From positions 17,859 to 81,858 of the forward strand of contig JALHQN010000016.1 in the NCBI GenBank assembly GCA_022841915.1: DNA of 64,000 bases, written 5' to 3'. Under the pieces are notes generated by a model. The model did not search any database, was not told the DNA's origin, and worked only from the letters and a program-made list of their open reading frames with translations. Numbering within the stretch: position 1 is the stretch's first letter; each line of letters begins with the position of its first letter. Position numbers and translations under genes: made by a program. Of the stretch, positions 39,396 to 49,123 are shown piece after piece. Source of the DNA: Burkholderiales bacterium (lineage in GTDB: Bacteria; Pseudomonadota; Gammaproteobacteria; Burkholderiales; WYBJ01).

Positions 39396-39983
39396 TCAGG
39401 CCGTCTCCAGACAACGCAGCATCACCTTCGCGACATCCTCCAGGCCCTTGCGGTCGGGATTCGCTTTCCCGACCAGCCGCAAGCCTTGTATCCCTGCCGT
39501 GATGAACCGGGCCAGCGCATCGATGTCGGCTGACCGCGGAAGTTCGCCCTGCGCTTGCGCGCTCATCAAGGCGTCGCGAAACGTAGCCTCTATCCGTTCG
39601 AGGCTGCGACGCACCCGGGCAGCCGCAGCGCGATCGCCGCGAACCAGCTCAGCGGCACAGTTGCCCAGAAAACAACCCCGCCGGCCCGGCCCCGCTGCAA
39701 TCTCGTCGACGATGCGCTGAACGAAACGGGCAATCCCCTCCTTCACGGTCTTTGCGGTCGATATCGATGCCGCAATTCGTCGCACCGCCGCCTCTTCGTA
39801 ACGCTCGAGCGCACGGACATAGATCGACTGCTTGTCGCCGAATGCCCCGTACAAACTCGATCTTCCCAGCCCGGTCGCCTCGCACAAATCGTCGAGCGAC
39901 GTCGCCTCGTAGCCTTTGGCCCAGAACACCTGCATCGCCTGCTCGAGGGCCTCGTCGATGTCGAACTCTCTAGGGCGCGCCAT
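39396..39983 (-). CDS. TetR/AcrR-family transcriptional regulator
   Basis: The N-terminal HTH reads FWAKGYEATSLDDLCEATGLGRSSLYGAFGDK. ATG at 39983. It is co-directional with, and 133 nt downstream of, the peroxiredoxin-like gene. Confidence 0.9.
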   Translation of the reverse strand: MARPREFDIDEALEQAMQVFWAKGYEATSLDDLCEATGLGRSSLYGAFGDKQSIYVRALERYEEAAVRRIAASISTAKTVKEGIARFVQRIVDEIAAGPGRRGCFLGNCAAELVRGDRAAAARVRRSLERIEATFRDALMSAQAQGELPRSADIDALARFITAGIQGLRLVGKANPDRKGLEDVAKVMLRCLETA

Positions 39984-40116
39984 GCTCCACCAAGTCTTCA
40001 CACTGTGCAACTGCAGCCTGCGTCGAGCTCATTGGAAAAGACTGCTCAGCGCATCGGGCGATCTGCAACCGTCGTGCTCGCAAGCAAGGACGATGACCGA
40101 TCCCAGTTCCCCTGGT

Positions 40117-40593
40117 CTACTTGGCGAGCTGCCGCTCGCGAAACTGGATCATCTTGACCACATCCGCGGCATCCATCCGCCCGATCGGACCGTCGCTATA
40201 GCTCGATGCGAGCACCTTGCCGTCGCCACCGAGAACGAACTCGGCCGGTTGAACGATGCCGCGACGATCCTCCCACCAGGCGCCGATACGGTCTGCGATG
40301 TCGCGCGTGACGCCGTAACCGACGGGAAACGAAACCTCCGCGGCCACCTCGCGAGCCTTGTCCTCGGCATCAACGCTTGCCGCAAGGACTCGGACGTCCA
40401 GCGCATCCAAGGCTTGCTTGAGCTTCTCGAAGCCGACCAACTGTCGGCGGCAATACGCTCACCAGTGCCCGCGATAGAACAGAACGACACCATATTTGCC
40501 GCCGAGCTGCGACGGCACCCGAATACGCTGACCATCGACAATATCGATTTCCAGAGCCGGAAACGCTTCCCCGATACCGAGCTTGTCCGCCAT
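40117..40593 (-). CDS. Peroxiredoxin-like (AhpC/TSA/redoxin fold) protein with an in-frame UGA at the peroxidatic position; candidate selenoprotein (U-A-Y-C), alternatively a pseudogene
   Basis: ATG 40593 lies 6 nt after a GAGGAGG SD. The translation is MADKLGIGEAFPALEIDIVDGQRIRVPSQLGGKYGVVLFYRGHW-[TGA 40461-40459]-AYCRRQLVGFEKLK... and continues in frame to TAG at 40117. Cys homologues of this fold carry FYRGxWCPxC at the same place. Confidence 0.6.
40432..40448 (-). promoter_or_regulatory. Candidate bacterial SECIS hairpin for the peroxiredoxin-like gene
   Basis: The minus strand reads GCCGAC-AGUUG-GUCGGC, a perfect 6-bp stem that starts 11 nt after the UGA. The apical loop contains GU. 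Confidence 0.45.
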
Positions 40594-40617
40594 CTCGTCC
40601 TCCTCGCATTTGGTTCT

Positions 40618-40648
40618 GGACTATACAGTCCGTAATTCGAGGATGCAA
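40618..40648 (-). promoter_or_regulatory. Sigma-70 promoter of the peroxiredoxin-like/TetR unit with an operator-like inverted repeat over the -10
   Basis: The minus strand shows TTGCAT (40648-40643), a 17-nt spacer and TATAGT (40625-40620). The inverted repeat GGACT-GTAT-AGTCC (40631-40618) overlaps the -10 box. Confidence 0.5.
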
Positions 40649-40661
40649 CCGACAGGGACAG

Positions 40662-41360
40662 TCAGGAAACGATGCTCGCCGCGTGACGCCTGGAGAAAAG
40701 CTTCGCGACCGCCACGACCAGAATGGCACCGAGCGCACCGGCCACGTGCCAGTTCTGGAGCCAGCCCACATGCGCCTGCACCCAGGCACTCAAGACCGGG
40801 TCGCGAACGATCATGTCGCCCGCGATATACCCCAGCAGCGCCCCACCCAACGCGACGATCACCGGATAGCGCACCATGAGCTTGAGGATGAACTGACTGA
40901 ACCAGACAATGATCGGAATCGAGACGATGAGGCCGAACACGATCAGATAGATGTTGTCCTTGGCCGCGGCGGCAACGGCGATGATGTTGTCCAAACTCAT
41001 CACGAAGTCGGCGATGATGACCGTGCGCACCGCACCCAGGAGCGTCGTGCTGCCCGCGATCTTGCCAGGATCCTGTTCGCTCTCGTCCTGCATGATGAGC
41101 TTGCCGCCGATCCACAGCAACAAGAGGCCGCCGATCAACTTAAGGTACGGCACGGCGAGCAACACCACGGCGAATCCCGTGGCTGCCACTCTGAGGCCGA
41201 CAGCACCAGCCACCCCCCAAAGGACGCCTTTGCGGCGCTGCTCGGGCGGCAGGTCTCGGCAAGCGAGGGCAATCACGACCGCATTGTCACCGCCGAGTAA
41301 GATGTCGATGGCGATGATCTGCATCACTGCAAGCCAGAACGCGGGGTCGCCCAGGGTCAC
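40662..41360 (-). CDS. TerC-family (YjbE-like) integral membrane protein
   Basis: Two copies of the TerC signature are present (DILLGGDNAVVIALA and FVMSLDNIIAVAAAA), with about 7 TM segments. GTG start. Confidence 0.85.
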   Translation of the reverse strand: MTLGDPAFWLAVMQIIAIDILLGGDNAVVIALACRDLPPEQRRKGVLWGVAGAVGLRVAATGFAVVLLAVPYLKLIGGLLLLWIGGKLIMQDESEQDPGKIAGSTTLLGAVRTVIIADFVMSLDNIIAVAAAAKDNIYLIVFGLIVSIPIIVWFSQFILKLMVRYPVIVALGGALLGYIAGDMIVRDPVLSAWVQAHVGWLQNWHVAGALGAILVVAVAKLFSRRHAASIVS

Positions 41361-41579
41361 TTCGTTAGGCTCGGTATGGCAAGGGTGTCATTATAGCGCT
41401 CGATCCCAACGCAGGCCGAGCCGTCTTGCTGCCGAGACAACGCAGTGCGTGGGTCGTGGTGGTGGCAGCCCCAGCTGTTCGTACGCAAATCCACCCCCCT
41501 TGGCTCAGTCGGACAGTGCGCTTGTGGGAAGGATCGATAGGTCGACCATGCCGGAGCGGCGCAACGCGAGGACTCGGAA

Positions 41580-42518
41580 TTGAGCATCGATCACCACACG
41601 CCCGGCCATAGCCATAGCCATAGCCATGGCCACGGCCATGTTCACACGCCCGCTGCCGGGCAATCCCTGATCTTCGCGTTGGTTCTCACGCTATCGTTCG
41701 CGGCGATCGAAGCCCTCGCCGGCTGGTGGTCGGGCTCATTGGCGCTGTTGAGCGACGCGGGCCACATGGTCACGGACAGCGCTTCGCTCGGATTGGCGGC
41801 ACTCGCCGCGTGGCTTGCGCGCAAGCCGCCCTCGATGCGGCACTCCTACGGACTGGGCCGGGCTGAAATCGTGAGCGCGCTCCTGAACGCCGTGTTCATG
41901 CTCGTGATCATCGTGACGATCACCGTCGTCGCCGTCCAACGCTTGCGTGACCCTCAACCCGTCGTGGGCGAGAGCGTCATCGTCGTCGCACTGATCGGCC
42001 TCGTGATCAACATCGTCGTGGCTTGGCTGCTGGCGCACGGCGAGAAGACGATGAACACCCGCGGCGCGCTGTTGCACGTGCTCGCTGACCTGCTCGGTTC
42101 GATCGCCGCGCTGATCTCCGGCGTGGTGATCTGGGTGACGGACTGGACGCCCGTCGACCCGCTGCTGTCGCTCGTCATCTGCGTGCTGATCCTCGCATCG
42201 AGCTTGCGCCTGTTGCGAGAAGCCCTGCACGCCCTGATGGAAGGCGTGCCGTTGCATCTTTCCCTGGACGAAATCGGCACGGCGATCGCGGGTGTCGACG
42301 GCGTCCGCTCCGTCCACGACCTGCACATCTGGACGCTCTCCTCCAACCGGATTGCGTTGTCCGCGCACATCGTCATCGACAACTTCACGCGCTGGGACGG
42401 CATCTTGCGCGAGATCTCGTCCATGCTCGAGCACCGCTTCGAAATCGCCCACGTGACCTTGCAGCCCGAAACCAATGTTCGCGTGCTGTCGCGCATGCCC
42501 CGGGTACCCACGCATTGA
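41580..42518 (+). CDS. Cation diffusion facilitator (CzcD/ZitB-like) divalent metal exporter
   Basis: The N-terminus is His-rich (HHTPGHSHSHSHGHGHVH). CDF signature motifs are present (LLSDAGHMVTDS, HVLADLLGS, and the C-terminal HDLHIW...HVTLQ). TTG start after a GAGGA SD. Confidence 0.9.
   Translation: MSIDHHTPGHSHSHSHGHGHVHTPAAGQSLIFALVLTLSFAAIEALAGWWSGSLALLSDAGHMVTDSASLGLAALAAWLARKPPSMRHSYGLGRAEIVSALLNAVFMLVIIVTITVVAVQRLRDPQPVVGESVIVVALIGLVINIVVAWLLAHGEKTMNTRGALLHVLADLLGSIAALISGVVIWVTDWTPVDPLLSLVICVLILASSLRLLREALHALMEGVPLHLSLDEIGTAIAGVDGVRSVHDLHIWTLSSNRIALSAHIVIDNFTRWDGILREISSMLEHRFEIAHVTLQPETNVRVLSRMPRVPTH
41606..41640 (+). repeat. Imperfect hexamer repeat (CCATAG)x3 plus CCATGG, CCACGG and CCATG, encoding the His-Ser/His-Gly tract of the CDF protein
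   Basis: Direct reading of the sequence: ccatagccatagccatagccatggccacggccatg. Confidence 0.7.
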
Positions 42519-42911
42519 TCGGTTGGCCCCGACTGCGGGAAGCAACGCGGCGTCACACAACGATCGGGATGATGCCACCACTGAACGCGAATGCGCGCCA
42601 TGCCTGCCGAAAGCGGCAAGGTTGAAACCTTGCGGCCTAGGCACGAATGCAAGGCCCCCTCACCGGCCACTCGCGATCGGCACCGCGGCGCGCGCGAGGG
42701 TTGCCACGCGCCTCGTACCGCACCGGATTCGAATTTGTATCGCAGTGTGTCAATCCCGGCTACGCAACACGGCGATACCAAACGTCCGCTGCCTGAAACA
42801 GCTTCCTTGCCCGTGGATGCGTTAATCGAGTTGGCGACACAGCGCGACTCTGCCTCGAAGTCGCGATGCCGATCGAGCGCCCGCCACGCTTTCACCCCAA
42901 GGAGAACCTGC

Positions 42912-43634
42912 ATGCTGTGCAAGAGAGCAATTGCAACCACATTCGCTGCGGCGATCGTTTTCTCGGCGAACCCGGTGTTCGCCCAATCCGCCGCCTCCCA
43001 CGCGGGCCCTCGAGCAGACGATACGGGGGGAATGACGAGCCACGGCACGGGACCAGGCATGGGTCATGGGATGGGACGCGGGATGGGGCATGTTCCCGGC
43101 GCCAGCCGTGGCGCGATGCATGGTCCGACCTCGATGCTCACCAAGCAGGATGAACGCTCGTCCAGCGACATGGCACTGGTCATGGATCTGGTACACAGCA
43201 ACGACAAGATCAAGCGCACCGTCACACTGTTGCCAAACGGCATCCGGACCGTCACCGAATCGGATGATCCGAAAGTCGCACAGAACATCCAGGCTCACGT
43301 CGCCAGCATGTCGAGTCGATTGCAGGAGGAGCGCGAGTTCAACATCTTCAGCACCACGCTCCCGGTCATCTTCGACCATGCCAAGAGCATCGACATGTCG
43401 ATGACGATGACCGACAAGGGCGTCATCGTCACTCGCACCACGACCGATGCCCGATTGGTCGCCGCCCTGCAAGCGCACGCGGGCGAAGTGACCGAACTCG
43501 TTCGGGACGGATCGGCCGGCATGCGACGCGGCATGACGGCACGCATGGCCATGGGCCCCGAGGGCCCCCGCGGCGCCATCGGCACCAACGCGCGTCCGGG
43601 CAATCGCACGCAGCCACAGCCGCACGCCCACTGA
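42912..43634 (+). CDS. Secreted Met/His-rich protein with an apparent internal duplication (putative periplasmic metal-binding protein)
   Basis: ATG follows an AAGGAGAA SD. The signal peptide is MLCKRAIATTFAAAIVFSANPVFA-QS. A GMGHGMGRGMGH tract is present. Two related modules occur (...NGIRTVTESDDPKVAQNIQAHV... and ...KGVIVTRTTTDARLVAALQAHA...). The opposite-strand 356-aa ORF looks like an antisense artefact. Confidence 0.65.
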   Translation: MLCKRAIATTFAAAIVFSANPVFAQSAASHAGPRADDTGGMTSHGTGPGMGHGMGRGMGHVPGASRGAMHGPTSMLTKQDERSSSDMALVMDLVHSNDKIKRTVTLLPNGIRTVTESDDPKVAQNIQAHVASMSSRLQEEREFNIFSTTLPVIFDHAKSIDMSMTMTDKGVIVTRTTTDARLVAALQAHAGEVTELVRDGSAGMRRGMTARMAMGPEGPRGAIGTNARPGNRTQPQPHAH

Positions 43635-43994
43635 GCGCACCCCCGAGCACGTGCTCGAGCGCCCAAGCCAGACGAGTCCGCTATGCCGGACGCGTTTGGC
43701 TTCAGACCGCCGGCGAATTTTTTTCCCCGCATTCGAGTCGATTTCCACTACGCAGGGAACTCGCTCCTCCCCTCTGGTCGGTCGGCTCAGGCGACGACGA
43801 CAGCCCGATAGGACCGCACGCGCCTGCCTCTTGCCTACTCGAACGTCGGTGACGCTCGCAGGGCAGCAGCCGATCGCTGCCGTCGTGATCATTCATAGCC
43901 CTCGCACGGTGGGACCCTGCGTGTCGCGAATTTGTCATACGAGCGAAATATGCTCCGAACTCGTACTTTCGACCAGACACGACGCGAGGTTCCC

Positions 43995-44984
43995 ATGCCG
44001 ACATCGATACCGAAGCACATCGCCCGATTGATCCTGCTTGCCAGCGCAGTGACCGCCTTGAGCGCGGGCAGCGCATCGGCACAGACGAACTGCCCGCGCG
44101 GCACCCTCGATGCCCGCTTCTGTGACGAGAACGGCGACTTGGTCGCCGACACGCCGAAGGATCCGAAGCAGCTCGTGGATCCGAACGTGCTGGTGTTTGC
44201 TTACACCCCGGTGGAGGACCCCGCGGTCTATGCGAAAGTCTGGGACGGATTCATCAAGCACATGGAGAAAGTGACAGGCAAGCGGGTGCAGTTCTTCCCT
44301 GTTCAATCCAACGCAGCGCAGATCGAAGCGATGCGAGCCGGACGTCTGCACGTCGCCGGGTTCAATACCGGATCCAATCCCTTGGCCGTGAACTGCGCCG
44401 GTTTCGTGCCGTTCACGATGATGGCCCGCGCCGACAACTCGTTCGGTTACGAGATGGAAATCATCACCTACCCGGGGAGCGGCATCCACAAGGTCGAAGA
44501 CATTCGCGGCAAGACGCTCGCCTTCACCGCCGAGACCTCCAATTCCGGTTTCAAGGCGCCCTCGGCCCTGCTGAAGTCGGAGTTCAAGATGGAACCCGGC
44601 AAGGACTACAAGCCGGCGTTCTCCGGCAAGCACGACAGCTCCATACTCGGCGTGGCCAACAAGGATTACCCGGCCGCCTCGATCGCGAACTCGGTGATGA
44701 AGCGCATGATCGCCCGCGGCGTGGTGAAGGAAGACCAGCTGGTCAGCATCTACAAGTCGCAGACGTTTCCGACGACGGGCTACGGCCATGTCTACAACCT
44801 GAAGCCCGAACTCGCGGCCAAGGTGCGGGAAGCGTTCATGAGTTTTCCCTGGGAGGGCTCGGCACTCAAGGCGGAGTTCGAAAAATCCGGCGAGGCGAAG
44901 TTCATCCCGATCACCTACAAGGGACACTGGGAAGTCGTTCGCAAGATCGACGCCGCGAACAACGTCAAGTACGCCTGCAGATAG
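43995..44984 (+). CDS. phnD: Phosphonate/phosphite/phosphate ABC transporter substrate-binding protein (PhnD family)
   Basis: A signal peptide and the PhnD-like pattern ([12 protein letters not shown]...[17 protein letters not shown]...SGFKAP) are present. phnC and two phnE genes follow. Confidence 0.85.
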   Translation: MPTSIPKHIARLILLASAVTALSAGSASAQTNCPRGTLDARFCDENGDLVADTPKDPKQLVDPNVLVFAYTPVEDPAVYAKVWDGFIKHMEKVTGKRVQFFPVQSNAAQIEAMRAGRLHVAGFNTGSNPLAVNCAGFVPFTMMARADNSFGYEMEIITYPGSGIHKVEDIRGKTLAFTAETSNSGFKAPSALLKSEFKMEPGKDYKPAFSGKHDSSILGVANKDYPAASIANSVMKRMIARGVVKEDQLVSIYKSQTFPTTGYGHVYNLKPELAAKVREAFMSFPWEGSALKAEFEKSGEAKFIPITYKGHWEVVRKIDAANNVKYACR

Positions 44985-45829
44985 TGTCGTCGCACGGCAC
45001 CACGCTGCGTCTGCGAGCGCTGAGCAAGCGCTATCGTACGGGCGATCTGGCACTCGACCGGGTCGATCTGGATGTGCCCGCCGGTCAAGTCATGGCCCTG
45101 ATCGGGCCTTCGGGCGCGGGTAAATCGACGCTGATCCGTTGTGTCAACCGCCTGGTGGAGCCCACCTCGGGCAGCATCGTCCTGGGCTCCACCGATATCA
45201 CGGGATTGACCCCGCGGGGACTGCGCCGAGCCCGTCAGCGAATGGGCATGATCTTCCAGGAATACGCACTGGTCGAACGCCTGACCGTGATGGAGAACGT
45301 CCTCTCCGGACAGCTCGGGAGTGTCGGCTTCTGGCGCAGCTACTTCCGGCGCTTTCCGGAAGCCACCGTCAGGCAGGCGTTCGCCATGCTGGAGCGCGTC
45401 GGCCTGAGCGACCATATCGACAAGCGCGCCGATGCGCTATCCGGGGGGCAGCGCCAGCGGGTCGGCATCGCACGGGCGCTCGTCCAGAACCCCGAGATCC
45501 TGCTGGTCGACGAACCCACTGCGAGCCTCGACCCGAAGACCTCCCGACAGATCATGCGTCTGGTATGCGAGCTGTGTGCAGAGCATGGACTGGCGGCAGT
45601 CATCAACATCCACGACGTTCAACTCGCGCAGCTGTTCGTGCAGCGCATCGTCGGGCTGCGCGCGGGCCGCGTGGTGTTCGACGGCCCTCCCGGCGAATTG
45701 AACGCCGATGTGCTCACCGAGATCTATGGCGAGGAGGACTGGACTGCCTCACTCGGGGGCAAGCAGGCCGCCTCGAGCGCGCAAGCCGCGCTCGAAGTCG
45801 AGGAGGAGCGGCTGGCGGGCCTGACATGA
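44984..45829 (+). CDS. phnC: Phosphonate ABC transporter ATP-binding protein
   Basis: Walker [13 protein letters not shown] signature [15 protein letters not shown] and Walker [13 protein letters not shown] are present. GTG start abuts the phnD stop. Confidence 0.9.
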   Translation: MSSHGTTLRLRALSKRYRTGDLALDRVDLDVPAGQVMALIGPSGAGKSTLIRCVNRLVEPTSGSIVLGSTDITGLTPRGLRRARQRMGMIFQEYALVERLTVMENVLSGQLGSVGFWRSYFRRFPEATVRQAFAMLERVGLSDHIDKRADALSGGQRQRVGIARALVQNPEILLVDEPTASLDPKTSRQIMRLVCELCAEHGLAAVINIHDVQLAQLFVQRIVGLRAGRVVFDGPPGELNADVLTEIYGEEDWTASLGGKQAASSAQAALEVEEERLAGLT

Positions 45830-46629
45830 ACGGCGCCGGTCAACCGATCCGGTGGTCTGCGCCACCGCTGATCGCCAATGCTTGGCTTCGCCGCAGCTTG
45901 ATCGCTGGAACGGTGATCTACGTCATGCTGGCCCTGGCCTCGCTCGACGTCAACTGGCAGCGTCTCGCCGAGGGCGTACCTCGCGCCATCCGGTTCGTGA
46001 GCGCCTTCTTCCCGCCGGACTTCATCAGCCGCTGGTCGGACATCGAGGCGGGTCTGCTAGAGAGCTTGACCATGACTTTGACATCGACTGTCGTCGGCAT
46101 CGGACTCTCAGTGCCGATCGGCGTCGGTGCCGCGCGCAACGTGGCCCCACGCTGGGTTTACTTCTTCTGCCGCAGCATCATTGCCGCTTCGCGCAGCTTC
46201 CAGGAAATCATCGTTGCCATCATCTTGGTCGCCTTGGTCGGCTTCGGTCCGCTCGCCGGCTTCCTCACGCTGTCCTTCGCCACGATCGGCTTCCTCGCCA
46301 AGCTCCTCGCCGAGGATATCGAGGCCATCGACCCGAGTGCGCCGGAGGCCATTCGCGCCACCGGTGCTTCGTACCTGCAATGGCTCAACTACGGCATCCA
46401 GCCCCAGATCATGCCGCGCCTGATCGGATTGTCGATGTATCGACTGGACATCAACTTCCGGGAGTCCGCCGTCATCGGCATCGTCGGCGCGGGCGGGATC
46501 GGCGCGACGCTCAATACCGCGATCGACCGGTACGAATTCGATTCGGCGGCAGCGATACTGCTGATCATCATTGCGATCGTGATGCTGTCCGAATACAGCT
46601 CTAGCTGGATACGACGGAAGGTCCAATGA
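45826..46629 (+). CDS. phnE: Phosphonate ABC transporter permease PhnE
   Basis: ATGA overlap with phnC. It is a multi-TM protein with the PhnE-type EAA loop ([20 protein letters not shown]). Confidence 0.9.
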   Translation: MNGAGQPIRWSAPPLIANAWLRRSLIAGTVIYVMLALASLDVNWQRLAEGVPRAIRFVSAFFPPDFISRWSDIEAGLLESLTMTLTSTVVGIGLSVPIGVGAARNVAPRWVYFFCRSIIAASRSFQEIIVAIILVALVGFGPLAGFLTLSFATIGFLAKLLAEDIEAIDPSAPEAIRATGASYLQWLNYGIQPQIMPRLIGLSMYRLDINFRESAVIGIVGAGGIGATLNTAIDRYEFDSAAAILLIIIAIVMLSEYSSSWIRRKVQ

Positions 46630-47441
46630 GGGCCGTCGAGCGAAACGAGTCCGTGATCTGGCGCCGTCGAGCGCCCAAGGCCGAACTGGTGCGCTTCGCT
46701 GGATGGTTCGCTCTCGCTACGCTCACCGTGTTCTGTTTCCAGGTCATGACGCGCGACACGGTGTGGTCGTTTCTGCTCGATGCGCATATACAAGCCGCCG
46801 ATCTGGGCAGTCGCATGTTCCCTCCGAACTGGGGCTACATCGACAAACTTTGGTGGCCCCTGTGGGAAACGCTCAACATCGCCACCCTCGGCACCTTCCT
46901 GGCGATCCTTTTCGGCGTGCCTGTCGCGTTCCTCGCGGCGCGCAACACCACGCCCAGCACGACCTTCGTGCGGCCCGTGGCGATGTTTTTCATCGTTGCA
47001 TCCCGCTCGATCAACTCCATCATCTGGGCGCTGGTGCTGGTGTCGATCATCGGCCCGGGCGCACTAGCGGGCATCATCGCGATTGCACTGCGCTCGATCG
47101 GCTTCATCGGCAAGCTACTCTACGAGGCCATCGAGGAGATCGACACCGCGCAGGTCGAAGCGATACGAGCCACAGGCGCCAGCCGAGCTCAAGTGCTCGT
47201 CTACGGAATCTGGCCGCAAGTCCGGCCGGCGTTCGCAGGGATCAGCGTTTTTCGCTGGGACATCAATATTCGCGAATCGACCGTGCTCGGCCTCGTCGGC
47301 GGCGGCGGCATCGGCCTGCAGCTACAGGCTTCGCTGAACGTGCTGGCCTGGCCGCAGGTCACGCTGATCTTCCTCGTCATCCTTCTGACCGTCGTGATCA
47401 GCGAGTGGGTGTCCGCCAAGGTCAGGCACGCCTACATCTAG
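46626..47441 (+). CDS. phnE: Phosphonate ABC transporter permease PhnE (second copy)
   Basis: ATGA overlap with the first phnE. The EAA loop is [20 protein letters not shown]. Confidence 0.9.
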   Translation: MRAVERNESVIWRRRAPKAELVRFAGWFALATLTVFCFQVMTRDTVWSFLLDAHIQAADLGSRMFPPNWGYIDKLWWPLWETLNIATLGTFLAILFGVPVAFLAARNTTPSTTFVRPVAMFFIVASRSINSIIWALVLVSIIGPGALAGIIAIALRSIGFIGKLLYEAIEEIDTAQVEAIRATGASRAQVLVYGIWPQVRPAFAGISVFRWDINIRESTVLGLVGGGGIGLQLQASLNVLAWPQVTLIFLVILLTVVISEWVSAKVRHAYI

Positions 47442-47718
47442 AAGAACGTTCCAGGGCGGAATGGAGCCCAGACGTCGCGACCGGCCCGGTTCGCCCCATG
47501 AACGCGGCGACCGGGCTGCGCAACTCCGCATGTCGGGTACCGTGGGCACTGCCGCTGCAGAACCTCACGGGGATCGTGACGCTGTGCGCTCGAAGATCGA
47601 ACATGGGCGGTGCATTCCCATCGCAGTACGAAACTCGGGAACCCACCGCCTCGAGTGCCACGATGATGCGCGTGTCTTGGCTGCGCCATGCGGTGACGCA
47701 GCCGCAGTCACGCGTTGC

Positions 47719-48717
47719 TCATTGAGCCGGGATGTTCGCCTCCTTCACCACCTTGGCCCAACGCTTGACCTCGGCTGCGATCTCGCGCCGGAACTCGTCG
47801 GGTGAATTCGCGATGACCTCCAGCCCCATGGCGAGCAACCGGTCACGGTCGGTGTCCGCCTTCAGGATGCGTCGAATCTCGGTGGCGTACTTGTCGACGA
47901 GCGGCCGAGATATACCCTTGGGGGCCAGGATGCCTTGCCAGTCGAGCACGACGATGTTCGGCACGCCCGCCTCGCCCAAGGTCGGCACGTCGGGGAGCAG
48001 CGGCGAGCGCTGAGCGGACGAGACCGCAAGCGGTCTCAAGCGACCCGACTTGATCAACGGCAGCGACGATGTCGCGGAGGCGAAGCTCATCGAGACGTTG
48101 CCGCCGGCCAAATCGATCATCGCCGGCCCCCCGCCCTTGTAGGGGATGTGGGTCATTTTGACCCCCGTGGTGAGCGCAAAGAACTCGCCGATCAGGTGGG
48201 GCGCTCCCCCAATGCCCGAGTGAGCAAAGGTGAGCTTGCCCGGTGCCTGCTTAGCCTGCGCGATGACATCCTTGACCGTCTGAATAGTCGACTTCACGGG
48301 CACGACCAGCACGTTGCCTACCGACGCCGTCATGGTGACCGGCTCGAAGTCGTTGAGCGTGTCGTAGGGAAGCTTCATCAAGCTCGGGTTCACTGAAAAG
48401 CGCATGCCGGCCAGCATGACCGTATGGCCGTCCGGTGCGGCACGGGCGAGGATCTGCGTTCCGATGACCCCGCCCGCCCCCGGGCGATTGTCGACCAGCA
48501 CTTGCTGACCCCACGCCTCGGTGAGTCTTTGGGCAAGCACCCGGGCCATGCCGTCGCTGCTGCCTCCCGGCGCCACCGGGACGATCAGCCTGACGGGCCG
48601 ATTGGGAAAGGCGGCCCCAGCATCCGTCTGACTCCAGCTCAGCGAACTCGCGCTCGCAAGGAGCAGGGCCGTGACGGTATAGGATCCGGCGCGGAGTACA
48701 TTCTTTTTCGACTTCAT
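47719..48717 (-). CDS. Bug-family (TctC-like) substrate-binding protein
   Basis: A signal peptide is followed by FPNRPVRLIVPVAPGGSSDGMAR. Confidence 0.9.
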   Translation of the reverse strand: MKSKKNVLRAGSYTVTALLLASASSLSWSQTDAGAAFPNRPVRLIVPVAPGGSSDGMARVLAQRLTEAWGQQVLVDNRPGAGGVIGTQILARAAPDGHTVMLAGMRFSVNPSLMKLPYDTLNDFEPVTMTASVGNVLVVPVKSTIQTVKDVIAQAKQAPGKLTFAHSGIGGAPHLIGEFFALTTGVKMTHIPYKGGGPAMIDLAGGNVSMSFASATSSLPLIKSGRLRPLAVSSAQRSPLLPDVPTLGEAGVPNIVVLDWQGILAPKGISRPLVDKYATEIRRILKADTDRDRLLAMGLEVIANSPDEFRREIAAEVKRWAKVVKEANIPAQ

Positions 48718-49123
48718 CGATCACTCCAAATAATCAAAAAGCAAAACTGCCGCAGCTGCTAAAAGCAAGGCTTGGACCATTAGGTGGACACTTCAGCTGC
48801 CCGCGGCAATGCCGTACGTGGAAGAGCAGGAAATTCGACACCTTCCCCCGAACACTCCTGCCGGCAAACGAGACGCAGGCGGCGAACGCCCCCCCCGCCC
48901 CCTACCGGTCGTCAGCTTTGGGTCGAGGATAGCGTCCAAAACGGCGCAGCGCCCGGCCGACAAGTACCTTTTCGGTGCATACGCGGGCCACTGCAACCTC
49001 GATGCGAAGCGGATCGTGCCGCAGACCACCTGGCATGATGCGTGCGTAGGCCGTGACGACGTCACATCCGGCGGTCGATCTCCTGACCATCGCCGGTGCG
49101 TGCCGCCAAGAGCCCCCAACGCA

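Noticed and set aside
41361-41579. A metal riboswitch (yybP-ykoY Mn or czcD NiCo type) or a strong promoter in the TerC/CDF divergent spacer. A perfect TATAAT exists on the minus strand about 30 nt upstream of the TerC start.
   Set aside because: I could not find the conserved riboswitch core sequences on either strand. The TATAAT has no acceptable -35 box at 16-18 nt and no TG extension. This is too weak to report as a feature.
43644-43657. A perfect 14-bp palindrome CGAGCACGTGCTCG immediately after the Met/His-rich protein gene.
   Set aside because: It has no loop or U-tract to act as a terminator, and no regulator or second copy is available to support an operator role. It is noted only.
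43920-43994. A Pho box upstream of phnD (TTGTCAT at about 43933).
   Set aside because: Only one half-site resembles CTGTCAT, and the second repeat 11 nt downstream is not conserved.
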